A stretch of 48,783 nucleotides of DNA from an uncultured Dehalococcoidia bacterium (GCA_963933025.1 CAWVTC010000001.1:1-48783), one strand, 5' to 3'; shown: positions 14,677 through 24,332, counted from the first letter of the stretch. Program-made: numbers and translations. Notes: generated by a model not told the origin, from the letters alone.

Positions 14677-14977
14677 TAACTTTTAACGAACCATTACCAG
14701 GTTCTCGACCAGGCCATGCATCAGGATCACGTTGGTATTCATTTAGAACTCGTTCAGCTTCTTCCGAACTCTCAGCATCAACTTCATAGATACAAAGATA
14801 GTCTGAAGGGCTAGGAATCCCAACATGCTTACCAGTCAACTTATAAACACTTCCGCTTAAAAAATTAGGACAAAGGGCTGTGTCCTCAATGTGATTACCT
14901 AAATACCAATCATCAAAATCTTGTTGTTGCGCCTCACTCTGTGGCTCAACCAAACCAACCAATATAAAACGTGCCAT
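14627..14977 (-). CDS. hypothetical protein (possibly EthD/dimeric alpha-beta-barrel-like)
   Basis: 116 aa ORF with good coding appearance. No motif is recognised with confidence. Confidence 0.4.
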   Translation of the reverse strand: MARFILVGLVEPQSEAQQQDFDDWYLGNHIEDTALCPNFLSGSVYKLTGKHVGIPSPSDYLCIYEVDAESSEEAERVLNEYQRDPDAWPGREPGNGSLKVIGSGWYEFERAYHTRG

Positions 14978-15080
14978 AAAAAACCTCCATTTTTGAAAAG
15001 AATAGCCTTTTCAACGAACTAAGTCATTGTAGATTCCAAGTTCAGTATGTAACGTTCTAAACTACGAGTGGAGAAAGCAT

Positions 15081-17228
15081 ATGGGAACCCGTTTCCGTTA
15101 TTCGATTTGGGATGGAACACAAACTGTTACTGAAATTGATGCAGAAGATCTTCTAGACTCGCTATCTGACGACTTACTAAACTTTGGCGATTTACAGCAT
15201 GCAATGCGTAATCTAATGCAAAAAGGTGCACAGAATCTTGACGGTGAACAGGGTCAAGGATTACGTGACTTATTGCAACAGCTACGAAAACAAAGACGAG
15301 AACAACTCGATCGTTTCGACCTTGGCTCCATATTTGATAACTTAAACGAACAACTTGATGACATCTTAAATATGGAAAACAAAACTTTGGATGAGCGCCT
15401 ACAAGATGCAGGTATAGCACCTGACGAAGAAAAAGAAGGTGAACATACCAAGGGAACTCCATCTGAAAATCAATCCGATAACGAAAAACAAAGCCCAGAT
15501 AATGAAAACCCTACAGATAATCCACAGCCTACAAAACAAAACAGTAGCTCAAATCAAGAAAATGATTTTGATGAACTATTAAAAACCATAACCGACCGTA
15601 AAAAAGATCAATTAAAAAACTTACCAGATGATACGGCAGGGAAAATACAGGGGCTCCAAAATTATGAGTTCATGGATAAAGATGCGGAAGAAAAATTTAG
15701 AGAACTAGTTGATTCTCTGAAACAGGCCATGATGGATACCTTCTTTAAAGATTTGTCACAACAGATATCTGCCATGTCCCCAGAAGACATGGCACATGCT
15801 AAAGAAATGGCCAAAGACCTCAACGAAATGCTAAAACAAAAAATGCAAGGTGAGGATCCTGACTTTGAAAATTTTATGGACCAATACGGCGATATGTTCG
15901 GAGACGATCCACCAAAATCGCTAGAAGAATTAATGGCACAAATGCAGGCACAAATGGGAGCTATGCAAAGTTTGATGAACAGCCTTCCTCAAAATATGCA
16001 AGACCAGTTACAACAACTCATCAGCAATAAAATCGGCGATCCAGCCCTTGCAGATACCCTTAGTGAACTTGCAGAAAATATGATGCAACTCATGCCACCT
16101 AAAGAACAAAATAATCGTTATCCGTTCAGAGGTGATGAAGATTTAGATTTGTCAGCAGCGATGGAATTAATGAAGCACATGCAAGAAATTGATGAACTCG
16201 AACGGCAAATTGAGCGTACTCAATTCGGTGGTGATCTAGATGATATCGACCTCGACAAGCTAGAAGATCTATTAGGTGAAGAGGCTAAAGAAACTATCGA
16301 ACAGCTTAAGCAAATGCTCGAAATTCTCGAAGAGGCAGGTTATGTACGGCGTAAAGGAGATGATGATTGGGAATTAACCCCCCGAGGAACCCGGAAAATA
16401 GGGCAGCGTGCACTGGTAGAATTATATGCACAGCTAAAAAATGATAGCTTAGGAAAACACGAGACACATGAAACTGGGCATGGTGGTGAACGTATAGATG
16501 ATACAAAGCCCTACGAATTTGGAGACCCCTTTCATTTAGATATCCGTAAGACAATCATGAATTCGGTATATCGCAATGGTCCCGGCTTACCAGTTACTTT
16601 GCTACCTCAAGACTTTGAGGTAGCAAGGAGTGAAACAACCACCCAAACAGCAACTGTAATAATGCTCGATCTCTCTTGGTCAATGGCCTTAAAAGGGAAC
16701 TTCCAAGCAGCAAAAAAAGTAGCTCTTGCACTTAATAATTTGATTTCATCCCAATTTCAACGCGATAGTCTTTACATTATCGGATTCAGCGCATATGCCC
16801 GAGAACTAAAAGCAACAGAGCTGCCTTTCGTACATTGGGATGAATCGGTGCTTGGTACAAACATGCATCATGGACTAATGATTGCAGAAAAATTATTAGC
16901 AAAACATACTCAAGGAACTCGTCAAATATTAATGATCTCTGACGGTGAACCAACTGCACATCTTGAAAACGGACGTAGCTACTTTGCATACCCCCCCAGT
17001 CCAATCACAATCCGTGAAACATTACGCGAAGTTCAAAGATGCACAAAAAAAGGGATCACAATTAATACTTTTATGTTAGACCGTAGTCATCACTTAAAGG
17101 AATTCGTAAATAAAGTTGCAAAAATTAATAAAGGAAGAGTTTTTTACACGACACCAGACAAATTAGGGGAATATATTCTTGTTGACTATGTTTCTCAAAA
17201 ACAAAAGAACTTAGTAGGCCATAATTAA
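15081..17228 (+). CDS. von Willebrand factor A (VWA) domain protein with long acidic/coiled-coil N-terminal region
   Basis: The C-terminal VWA domain has the MIDAS motif VIMLDLSWSM, with later ILMISDGEPT. A low-complexity region, EKEGEHTKGTPSENQSDNEKQSPDNENPTDNPQPTKQNSSSNQEND, lies near residues 105-165. Confidence 0.7.
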   Translation: MGTRFRYSIWDGTQTVTEIDAEDLLDSLSDDLLNFGDLQHAMRNLMQKGAQNLDGEQGQGLRDLLQQLRKQRREQLDRFDLGSIFDNLNEQLDDILNMENKTLDERLQDAGIAPDEEKEGEHTKGTPSENQSDNEKQSPDNENPTDNPQPTKQNSSSNQENDFDELLKTITDRKKDQLKNLPDDTAGKIQGLQNYEFMDKDAEEKFRELVDSLKQAMMDTFFKDLSQQISAMSPEDMAHAKEMAKDLNEMLKQKMQGEDPDFENFMDQYGDMFGDDPPKSLEELMAQMQAQMGAMQSLMNSLPQNMQDQLQQLISNKIGDPALADTLSELAENMMQLMPPKEQNNRYPFRGDEDLDLSAAMELMKHMQEIDELERQIERTQFGGDLDDIDLDKLEDLLGEEAKETIEQLKQMLEILEEAGYVRRKGDDDWELTPRGTRKIGQRALVELYAQLKNDSLGKHETHETGHGGERIDDTKPYEFGDPFHLDIRKTIMNSVYRNGPGLPVTLLPQDFEVARSETTTQTATVIMLDLSWSMALKGNFQAAKKVALALNNLISSQFQRDSLYIIGFSAYARELKATELPFVHWDESVLGTNMHHGLMIAEKLLAKHTQGTRQILMISDGEPTAHLENGRSYFAYPPSPITIRETLREVQRCTKKGITINTFMLDRSHHLKEFVNKVAKINKGRVFYTTPDKLGEYILVDYVSQKQKNLVGHN

Positions 17229-17261
17229 TCAAATACTAGCTATAATTATCCGAGGCCAACA

Positions 17262-18275
17262 ATGAAAAAGCCACTAATTGGGATAACACTAGGCGATCCA
17301 TGTGGAATCGGCCCAGAAGTAGTTGCCAAGGTTTTAAACCACACAGAGATCACTGAATGGGCACGACTTTTAGTAATTGGTGATGCAAAGATTTTATCAA
17401 CGTCACTAAAATCAATAAATTCCGAAAAACGGATCGTCACAACAGAACAACCTGAACAAGCACATGGAGGTTCAGAGTCAATTACAGTACTGGAAGTTCC
17501 CAATATCAATGTGGAAGCTCCGGTATTAGGAAAACATTCAAAAAATGCGGGATTGGCTTCACATGCTTGGGTAGAAACAGCAGGTAACTTGGCCCTTGAA
17601 AAAAAAGTTGATGCAATTGTTACAGCACCTATCAACAAGACATCTTGGAAATTAGCAGGGATTAAGGAAACTGGACATCAGGAGGTATTCCAGCGTTTAT
17701 CCGGTTCGAAGCAGGTCTATACCATGCTTGTGAGTGGACAACTTCGATGCATGCATTTAACAACTCACCTGCCATTAGTGGAAGCTTGCAATTCTGTAAC
17801 TAAAGAAAATATAGGAGAAGCCATTTCAATAACAAATGACTATTTGCAACGATGGGGTTTTGCTCAGCCTAAAATTGCAGTTGCAGCATTAAATCCACAT
17901 GGAGGTGATTCAGGCCTGATAGGGAAAGAGGAAATTGAGGAAATCGCTCCTGCAATAGAAAAAGCTCAAAGTAATAAGATTTTAGTAACAGGCCCAATTC
18001 CGGCAGACTCAGTTTTTGTTCAAGCAATCGCAGGAAAATATGACGTTGTTATTGTTCTGTACCATGATCAAGGACACATAGCGATCAAAGTACATGGTTT
18101 TGAACAAAGCATCAGCATAAATCTTGGGCTTCCATTCATTAGAACATCAGTCGATCATGGAACTGCATTCGACATTGCAGGTAAAGGAATCGCTGACGAG
18201 ACCAGCTTAATCGAAGCAATCCGAACAGCAGTTGAACTTGCAACGGGCACCGGAATAAATACCCGAAATACATAA
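17262..18275 (+). CDS. pdxA: PdxA-family NAD(P)-dependent 4-hydroxythreonine-4-phosphate dehydrogenase-like enzyme
   Basis: It has IGITLGDPCGIGPEVV, LNPHGGDSG, LYHDQGHIAIK and IRTSVDHGTAFDIAGKG. Confidence 0.8.
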   Translation: MKKPLIGITLGDPCGIGPEVVAKVLNHTEITEWARLLVIGDAKILSTSLKSINSEKRIVTTEQPEQAHGGSESITVLEVPNINVEAPVLGKHSKNAGLASHAWVETAGNLALEKKVDAIVTAPINKTSWKLAGIKETGHQEVFQRLSGSKQVYTMLVSGQLRCMHLTTHLPLVEACNSVTKENIGEAISITNDYLQRWGFAQPKIAVAALNPHGGDSGLIGKEEIEEIAPAIEKAQSNKILVTGPIPADSVFVQAIAGKYDVVIVLYHDQGHIAIKVHGFEQSISINLGLPFIRTSVDHGTAFDIAGKGIADETSLIEAIRTAVELATGTGINTRNT

Positions 18276-18280
18276 CCCTT

Positions 18281-18952
18281 TTAATCAACCCAACTATCCC
18301 AAAAAAGCACATCACCCACAGGTAATCGCCTCGTTGGGCCAAAATTTGCATCGGGATAACCTAAAGGAATAAGTGCACAAGGAAGCGCATTTTCAGGAAT
18401 ACCCAAAAACGGACGTAGCTCATCAAGAATAGGAGCTTGGAAAGTAGTTAATACTGTTCCTAAACCGAGCGCACGAGCCACAAGTTGAAGATTTTGGACA
18501 GCACCGTATATAGATGAGCCTGTAAGAATATTGTCCGTCGAGGAGAATGCCCCATCATCCCTATATAAGCATGGGATAATGTAAACAGGTGCCTGATCGA
18601 GATCATTCAAAAGACTTAAAGCACCTGTGAACATTAATCGTTGACCAGTATCATCTGACTTAGAACCTTCGGAAAAATATTCACGTATACCCGGATTATG
18701 CTCCGCATTATTGCGTATCATTTTTGCAATCCTTGAACGTTTCTCAGAATCACGCACAACTAAAAACCTCCATGGTTGTCTATTAGTACCACTGGGAGCT
18801 TTAGTCGCAGCTTCGATAACGCGACGTAATATTTCGTCAGAAACCGGTTCGTTTTTAAACTTACGAATTGCACGCTGTGAATAAACAGCTTCAAAAATAT
18901 CTGCTGTTCCCTCTGGCCCTGATGTAAGGTTATCTGGCTGAAACTCTGGCAT
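18281..18952 (-). CDS. nitroreductase-family flavoprotein
   Basis: It has YSQRAIRKFKNEPVSDEILRRVIEAATKAPSGTNRQPWRFLVV and ALIPLGYPDANFGPTRR. It is a paralog of 32913-33563. Confidence 0.8.
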   Translation of the reverse strand: MPEFQPDNLTSGPEGTADIFEAVYSQRAIRKFKNEPVSDEILRRVIEAATKAPSGTNRQPWRFLVVRDSEKRSRIAKMIRNNAEHNPGIREYFSEGSKSDDTGQRLMFTGALSLLNDLDQAPVYIIPCLYRDDGAFSSTDNILTGSSIYGAVQNLQLVARALGLGTVLTTFQAPILDELRPFLGIPENALPCALIPLGYPDANFGPTRRLPVGDVLFWDSWVD

Positions 18953-19028
18953 TATAAACTCCTCGCCTTAAGGCATTGCATATGCTTGATAGGCCAGTTT
19001 GCCATGAAATTCATTATTAAGAGGACTT

Positions 19029-19133
19029 ATGCTTTGGATAACCGCTATCATCATACCTGCAATAGTGTTGGCATATTTCTCTTTTTGGGTTTGGTTTTGG
19101 GATCGTAGACGTAAAAGAAAGAAACCGAAATGA
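19029..19133 (+). CDS. possible mini-protein, one TM helix plus polybasic tail (34 aa)
   Basis: MLWITAIIIPAIVLAYFSFWVWFWDRRRKRKKPK, preceded by AGAGGA with only a 3-nt spacer. It lies 76 nt upstream of the MFS gene. It competes with the weak antisense track ORF 18968-19189. Confidence 0.3.
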   Translation: MLWITAIIIPAIVLAYFSFWVWFWDRRRKRKKPK

Positions 19134-19208
19134 CACTCTTTATTCCCAAACTTATAGTCTCTAACAGCCCCGACCAGGGAGTCCGACATCAGTAATCAAG
19201 AGGAAAAT

Positions 19209-20486
19209 GTGCCTCTAGAGAACTTCGTAAATAAGATGTTCCGCTCATTTTCAATTCCTTCTTTTCGTTACTTATGGATCAACACCATTACCTTTTCACT
19301 CGTGCAGGGGATGGCCCTACTTACATTTCTCCAACTTGCTAGAGAATTAAGTGAAAGCAATAAAGCCCTTGGTTTTTTTGGATTTGCAGTCGGAATCCCA
19401 GTTTTGATTTTTGGATTACCTATCGGAATTATTGCTGACAGGGTGGATAGAAGAATCCTCATAACTGCAAGCCATGTTGTTTCCTGTGTAGCATCTTTAG
19501 GCCTAGCCTTGCTCTTTTGGATGGGAGACCTAAACCTTGCTCTAGCACTCATTTTGGCAGGTATTTCAGGACTTGGTATAGCTATCGGACAACCTATTCG
19601 ACAAACAATTGTACCTTCAATCGTTCCACGCAAAAACTTATTGAACGCAATCGCCCTAAACAATGTAGGCATGCAAAGTGGACAATTTATAGGTCCCGTT
19701 TTTGCAGGTGTACTCGTAGCCACATTAGATTTCGGCTGGGCTTTCACAATCCAAGCCGGTTTACTAATTGCTGGAACGTTTTCACTAATTCCCCTTCGTC
19801 TCCCCCCACTTGAACGAACAATAGCAGAACGGAAAATAAGCTTGAACAAGTTTTTTCAGGATATCCGCGATGGGTTCTTTTTTGTCGCACGATCAATGGA
19901 TATTCGTGTACTATTCTTCCTTTTAATCGTTACTACATTGGTAGTTAATGGACCCTGGCAAACCCTTTTGCCAAGAATTTCAGAAGATCAATTAGGCGCA
20001 AGCAAAACATTTCAAGGCGTATTACTAAGTATTTTTGGCGCCGCTATGTTCATTATGTCCTTCATTATTGCTGCTCTCGGAACAATAAAAAATGCTGGGG
20101 GATGGTTTGCGCTAACACTAGTTATTGGCGGCAGCATTATTGTAGGGATTGGGTTTTCACACACTACATGGCTCACCATCGTATTGATGATATTGAGTGG
20201 ATTTAATGCAGCATTTTTCGTGAATTTAAATTTGACTCTAATTCAAATCAATACACCAGGATTTATGATGGCACGCGTTATGAGCATTTACACCATAGCT
20301 ATGATGGGAGGAGCACCTTTCAGCGCACTGTTGGCTGGAGTAATGGCAGATGTCGTTGGCTCAGCAGGCCTTTGGTTCTCAATTTGCGGTGCCTCAATGG
20401 CAATGATCGCAGCAATTATCATAGTTACACAGCCAAAACTTCGAAACATGTCCTCTGCTCCACGTAATGAAGAGTTGGTTCCCTAG
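19209..20486 (+). CDS. MFS transporter (MFS_3 / enterobactin-exporter-like topology)
   Basis: 425 aa with about 12 TM segments and the GIIADRVDRRIL motif after TM2. Confidence 0.8.
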   Translation: MPLENFVNKMFRSFSIPSFRYLWINTITFSLVQGMALLTFLQLARELSESNKALGFFGFAVGIPVLIFGLPIGIIADRVDRRILITASHVVSCVASLGLALLFWMGDLNLALALILAGISGLGIAIGQPIRQTIVPSIVPRKNLLNAIALNNVGMQSGQFIGPVFAGVLVATLDFGWAFTIQAGLLIAGTFSLIPLRLPPLERTIAERKISLNKFFQDIRDGFFFVARSMDIRVLFFLLIVTTLVVNGPWQTLLPRISEDQLGASKTFQGVLLSIFGAAMFIMSFIIAALGTIKNAGGWFALTLVIGGSIIVGIGFSHTTWLTIVLMILSGFNAAFFVNLNLTLIQINTPGFMMARVMSIYTIAMMGGAPFSALLAGVMADVVGSAGLWFSICGASMAMIAAIIIVTQPKLRNMSSAPRNEELVP

Positions 20487-20791
20487 TTCTTCCTTTTAAA
20501 AATCTGGGCACCACCTGATTTCGGAAAAAATCTTCTACGCAAAATTCGGACAGCGAACAAAATAAGTGCGAATAGGGAAGCATACGCAACGAAATTAGAA
20601 AGAATTGGTTGATTAATCGCCATGATGCCTGCAATCAACCCCGTCCACAAAAGAACCCAAATAGCAAGAAATATTGCTCTACTTCTTTGCACATTGTTCA
20701 ACTCGGAAAATCTTTCTGTTTGCAGAAGACGCTGGCCACACCAATAACCAATCGTAAACCACCCAACAAGAATGAGAATGAAAACTAACAT
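20483..20791 (-). CDS. small membrane protein, unknown function
   Basis: 102 aa with three hydrophobic segments and a basic C-terminus. Its stop overlaps the stop of the MFS gene. Confidence 0.45.
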   Translation of the reverse strand: MLVFILILVGWFTIGYWCGQRLLQTERFSELNNVQRSRAIFLAIWVLLWTGLIAGIMAINQPILSNFVAYASLFALILFAVRILRRRFFPKSGGAQIFKRKN

Positions 20792-20803
20792 CGAAAACCT
20801 CTC

Positions 20804-22093
20804 TTACTCTCCAAGTGATTTATCACTCGGTACTTCCAAATTATCAGTGTCTAGGACTGGAAATGTCGCCGATACAACAGGAGCTTTCTTCGCCGCAATA
20901 AAAAGGATCACAACACCTAAAACACCAGCGATGAGCGAACCAAAAATTACACCCATCTTTGCTTGATCAAGTAAAGATTCCCTACCTTCAAACGATAGTT
21001 CTGCAATAAATAAAGATACAGTAAAACCTATCCCTCCTAATGCAGCTGCTCCAAATACGTGCGGAATAGTTACAGCACTAGGCAGTCGCCCAATTCGTAA
21101 AACAAGACCTAATAACGTAGCCAAACTGATACCAACAAATTTACCGCCAACAAGGCCTAATAGAACACCCCAAGCAAGCCGTCCTCCAAAAGCACCACTT
21201 AAGCTTTCGCCAGAAATAACTACGCCTGCATTAGCTAAGGCAAACAAAGGCACAATCACAAAATTCGACCATGGCAATAGGAAATGTTCTAGTTTTTCCA
21301 TAATACGCTCACCTTGGAAAGGACGTGCTGGCGTAAGAAGACCAAGAATTACTCCTGCAATCGTGGCATGAATTCCGCTCTCAAATGTGGCATACCAAAG
21401 AATAACCCCTACAACAATATACGGGGCAAATGAAACTATCCGTGCACGTTGCATTAAAAAAACTAGTATCACTAAACCTAATGAGGCAGTAAGCCAGTCG
21501 AATGCAAGCTCGCTGGAATAAAAAATTGCAATAATTGCGATACCACCAATATCATCTGCAATGGCTAGGGTTAAAAGAAAAACGCGAAGACCAGAAGGCA
21601 AACGTCTACCAAAAATAGCTAAAACGCCAGCCACAAACGCGATATCCGTCGCAACAGGTATGCCCCATCCATCAATAGCATCAGTGCCATTAGTGAAAAT
21701 GAAAAATATTAGTGCAGGAACGGCCATGCCACCCACTGCTGCTAACAGCGGCAAAGCAGCCCGTTTAGGATCATTTAATTCACCAGTAACAAGTTCCCTT
21801 TTGATTTCTAATCCAACTAAGAAAAAGAAAACGACCATAAGGGCATCATTTACCCAATGACCTAAATCTTCATTTAAGTGAAAACCTTCAATATTTAAAG
21901 ACGCATGAATATGCCAAAAAGCCTCATAGGCTTCAGTAGCCACGTTACCCCATATAATTGCAGCAACCGCTGCAATTAAAAGAACAATGCCACCAGCAGC
22001 TTCAAGCTTGAGAAACTCTTGCAACATGGAACGTGCTCTTGCAGGGCGAGGTAACCAAGGCCAAGCGGTGTTAGTAGGTGGTTGGTCAGACAT
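20804..22093 (-). CDS. nhaA: Na+/H+ antiporter NhaA
   Basis: 429 aa. The NhaA pattern is LKLEAAGGIVLLIAAVAAIIWGN, VVFFFLVGLEIKRE and LAIADDIGGIAIIAIFY. Confidence 0.85.
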   Translation of the reverse strand: MSDQPPTNTAWPWLPRPARARSMLQEFLKLEAAGGIVLLIAAVAAIIWGNVATEAYEAFWHIHASLNIEGFHLNEDLGHWVNDALMVVFFFLVGLEIKRELVTGELNDPKRAALPLLAAVGGMAVPALIFFIFTNGTDAIDGWGIPVATDIAFVAGVLAIFGRRLPSGLRVFLLTLAIADDIGGIAIIAIFYSSELAFDWLTASLGLVILVFLMQRARIVSFAPYIVVGVILWYATFESGIHATIAGVILGLLTPARPFQGERIMEKLEHFLLPWSNFVIVPLFALANAGVVISGESLSGAFGGRLAWGVLLGLVGGKFVGISLATLLGLVLRIGRLPSAVTIPHVFGAAALGGIGFTVSLFIAELSFEGRESLLDQAKMGVIFGSLIAGVLGVVILFIAAKKAPVVSATFPVLDTDNLEVPSDKSLGE

Positions 22094-22135
22094 TAAACTT
22101 TAGAGTTACCTTATTGTTTTTTCATTCTGGAAAAA

Positions 22136-22594
22136 TTACTGTGGCTTATTGTTGCCACCTTTAAAAAAATCACCTACGCGGTCCCACATAGATTTATCAC
22201 CAACTCCTTTAAGGAACTCACCCCAAGCATCTTCAGCTGAAGATGAACGCGCTAAGTTTTTAACACGATCCTCCATAATATCCTTAATCCGCCCTTCCTC
22301 ACCTGCATCAACCCAAAAACCATGTGCATCCTCGCAAGTATCAAGCTCAAGATCATATGCACGATAATTAAAAGCAATCATCTCTTTATCACAAACAGGA
22401 CATTTAAGCTCACTTGGACGCTTAGCATATTGAATCGTTGCACGTCGCGTATTTTCATCAGATGCAGATTTAGCTTCTAAATCGTCAAGTTCATGGTGAT
22501 CAAGCCAACGCCCATGACACGTGAGGCAATGGTCTACCTCAATTCCAAAGTGATGTTCTACTGTAAGTGCACAGGCGCATCGTGGACAATCCAT
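22136..22594 (-). CDS. protein with two TFIIB-type zinc-ribbon modules
   Basis: The two modules are CPRCACAL...DHCLTCHGRWLDHHELDDL and CPVCDKEM...DTCEDAHGFWVDAGE. Confidence 0.65.
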   Translation of the reverse strand: MDCPRCACALTVEHHFGIEVDHCLTCHGRWLDHHELDDLEAKSASDENTRRATIQYAKRPSELKCPVCDKEMIAFNYRAYDLELDTCEDAHGFWVDAGEEGRIKDIMEDRVKNLARSSSAEDAWGEFLKGVGDKSMWDRVGDFFKGGNNKPQ

Positions 22595-22810
22595 AACTTT
22601 TACTCAACACATTTCTACCCAAAAGATATAGAACATATTACTAACATATCCAAGTATGTGGGTTTTTAGGCAGTAAAAATAAATAAAACAGTAGAAAAGG
22701 GGAAAATCAGGGGCAAATGCATTAAAAAACAGCCTTACAAAAGAACATCTCTGATTAGATAGAAGATACCTACACCTGATCCGATAGCTATTGGTATTAG
22801 ACGGCCAGCA

Positions 22811-22832
22811 GTTAGCATGAATTCATGCTAAC
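22811..22832. repeat. perfect 22-bp palindrome GTTAGCATGAATTCATGCTAAC
   Basis: Read directly. It is centred on GAATTC and lies 76 nt upstream of the mini-gene at 22908. Confidence 0.9.
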
Positions 22833-22852
22833 TGTAATGCTTCAGTTTTGGA

Positions 22853-22876
22853 AACAGTGTGAACGGTTTGGGAAAC
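22853..22876. repeat. exact 24-mer AACAGTGTGAACGGTTTGGGAAAC (copy 2)
   Basis: It is identical to 12947-12970. Locally GGAAACAGT occurs twice, at 22850 and 22871, 21 bp apart. It is followed by TATAAT at 22886-22891. Confidence 0.9.
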
Positions 22877-22907
22877 AGTTCCGTGCATATAATGAACACG
22901 CATAAAT

Positions 22908-23063
22908 ATGGATGTTAAAAAAGCTTTGAACTTTGCCAGTTGGGTAATATTTGCATTTGGCGTTTTTTTTACGTTTTCTATGGCAGTCATTGCCATGGTA
23001 CTGCAAGGTATTTTTTACTACTTCAAAAAAGACAACAAAAAAGATATAGACAATACCCCGTAA
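22908..23063 (+). CDS. small membrane protein (51 aa), paralog of 12636-12815
   Basis: MDVKKALNFASWVIFAFGVFFTFSMAVIAMVLQGIFYYFKKDNKKDIDNTP. It is below the ORF-track cutoff. The track ORF 22842-23072 (-) is antisense to it. Confidence 0.5.
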   Translation: MDVKKALNFASWVIFAFGVFFTFSMAVIAMVLQGIFYYFKKDNKKDIDNTP

Positions 23064-23129
23064 ACAGTTCACGTTTATCAGATACCCCTTAAATAAAAGA
23101 CTATGCTACTGCTTGTTAAGGAGTTAACA

Positions 23130-23384
23130 ATGACTAGACAAATATGGTGGTTCATTCTCAATGCAGGTAGTTGGCTTTTTGGGATGGGTGGCTTTCTTTA
23201 CACTGTTATTACATTTTCTGTCGCTGAAACAGTTATGCAACAAACTGCTGCTGCTGCATATGGTACTACCCTCGTATTATTTGCGATGTTCCTGCGGATT
23301 CATGCTACAAACCTACGCCGTACTGAAGAACGGCAGTATACGTTGCTAGAGATAATTTCAAGGGTTTACAGTATGAAGCCGTAA
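23130..23384 (+). CDS. small membrane protein, unknown function
   Basis: MTRQIWWFILNAGSWLFGMGGFLYTVITFSV... with two TM segments. ATG 23130 is preceded by AAGGAG. Confidence 0.45.
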   Translation: MTRQIWWFILNAGSWLFGMGGFLYTVITFSVAETVMQQTAAAAYGTTLVLFAMFLRIHATNLRRTEERQYTLLEIISRVYSMKP

Positions 23385-23445
23385 CCACAGATGATTCACT
23401 AAATACCTCATCGGTTACCTTTCTAGGCCAAGCTAAAGCAAACCT

Positions 23446-24300
23446 CTAATCTTCTGGCCAAGCATCTCCAGGCATCAAAGGCTTACCGCGCGGATCCCAT
23501 TCATCCGTAGGGAAAGGTCCAGGCTGATAACCACGACTTGCTGTTAAACCACCGTCTAGCGGTAAAATCACGCCGTTAACATACTTCGATGCATCAGATG
23601 CAAGAAAAACAATAGGCCCTACTAAATCATCAGGTGCACCAATACGACGCATAGGGGTACGTCCTTCTAGCATTTCCATAATTCCACTCTGAGCAATAGC
23701 ATCATGGGTCATTTCCGAATCAAAAATAGTTGGGGCAATGGCATTAACACGAAGGTTACGATCTCCCCATTCAACAGCAAGGAATTCAGTCAACCTAGTG
23801 ACACCACCTTTTGCCGCAAAATAGCCAGGTGATCGACCCTCAAAACCACCGATACCAAAAATACTACTGATATTTATGATATTCCCATGACCCTGCCTCA
23901 AAAAATGCTGTGCAGAAGCACGACAACAGTACCAAAGACCATTTAAATCTGTTGCAACAATGTCGTTATACATGTCTATATCAGAATGTTCCGAACGAAA
24001 ACCACGAGGATCAGCAATCCCAGCGTTATTGATAAGAACATCAACAGTACCAAATTCATCCCAAGCAACCTTCATAAGTTCCTCAACCTGTTCGTACTCA
24101 CGAACATCACAGGCCACAGTCAAACATCGACGCCCCTTCCCTTCAATTAATGCTTTTGTATCCTGCAACTTATCCTCGTTTCTTGCCGTCGCAACGATAT
24201 CAGCGCCATAATCAGCCAACGCAGATGCCCACGAGACTCCAAGCCCATAAGAAGCACCTGTAACAATTACAGTTTTCCCAGTCATATTAAATTCATTCAT
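23446..24300 (-). CDS. SDR-family oxidoreductase
   Basis: It has GKTVIVTGASYGLG, NNAG and the catalytic S...YxxxK (YFAAKGG). Confidence 0.85.
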   Translation of the reverse strand: MNEFNMTGKTVIVTGASYGLGVSWASALADYGADIVATARNEDKLQDTKALIEGKGRRCLTVACDVREYEQVEELMKVAWDEFGTVDVLINNAGIADPRGFRSEHSDIDMYNDIVATDLNGLWYCCRASAQHFLRQGHGNIINISSIFGIGGFEGRSPGYFAAKGGVTRLTEFLAVEWGDRNLRVNAIAPTIFDSEMTHDAIAQSGIMEMLEGRTPMRRIGAPDDLVGPIVFLASDASKYVNGVILPLDGGLTASRGYQPGPFPTDEWDPRGKPLMPGDAWPED

Positions 24301-24332
24301 ATATTTCTCCTTATTACGTTCAAAGACTTTCT

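Noticed and set aside
18968-19189. The 73-aa minus-strand track ORF upstream of the MFS gene.
   Set aside because: It has no ribosome-binding site or recognisable motif and an odd composition. The plus-strand 34-aa TM/polybasic mini-ORF (19029-19133) is at least as plausible, so neither is called with confidence.
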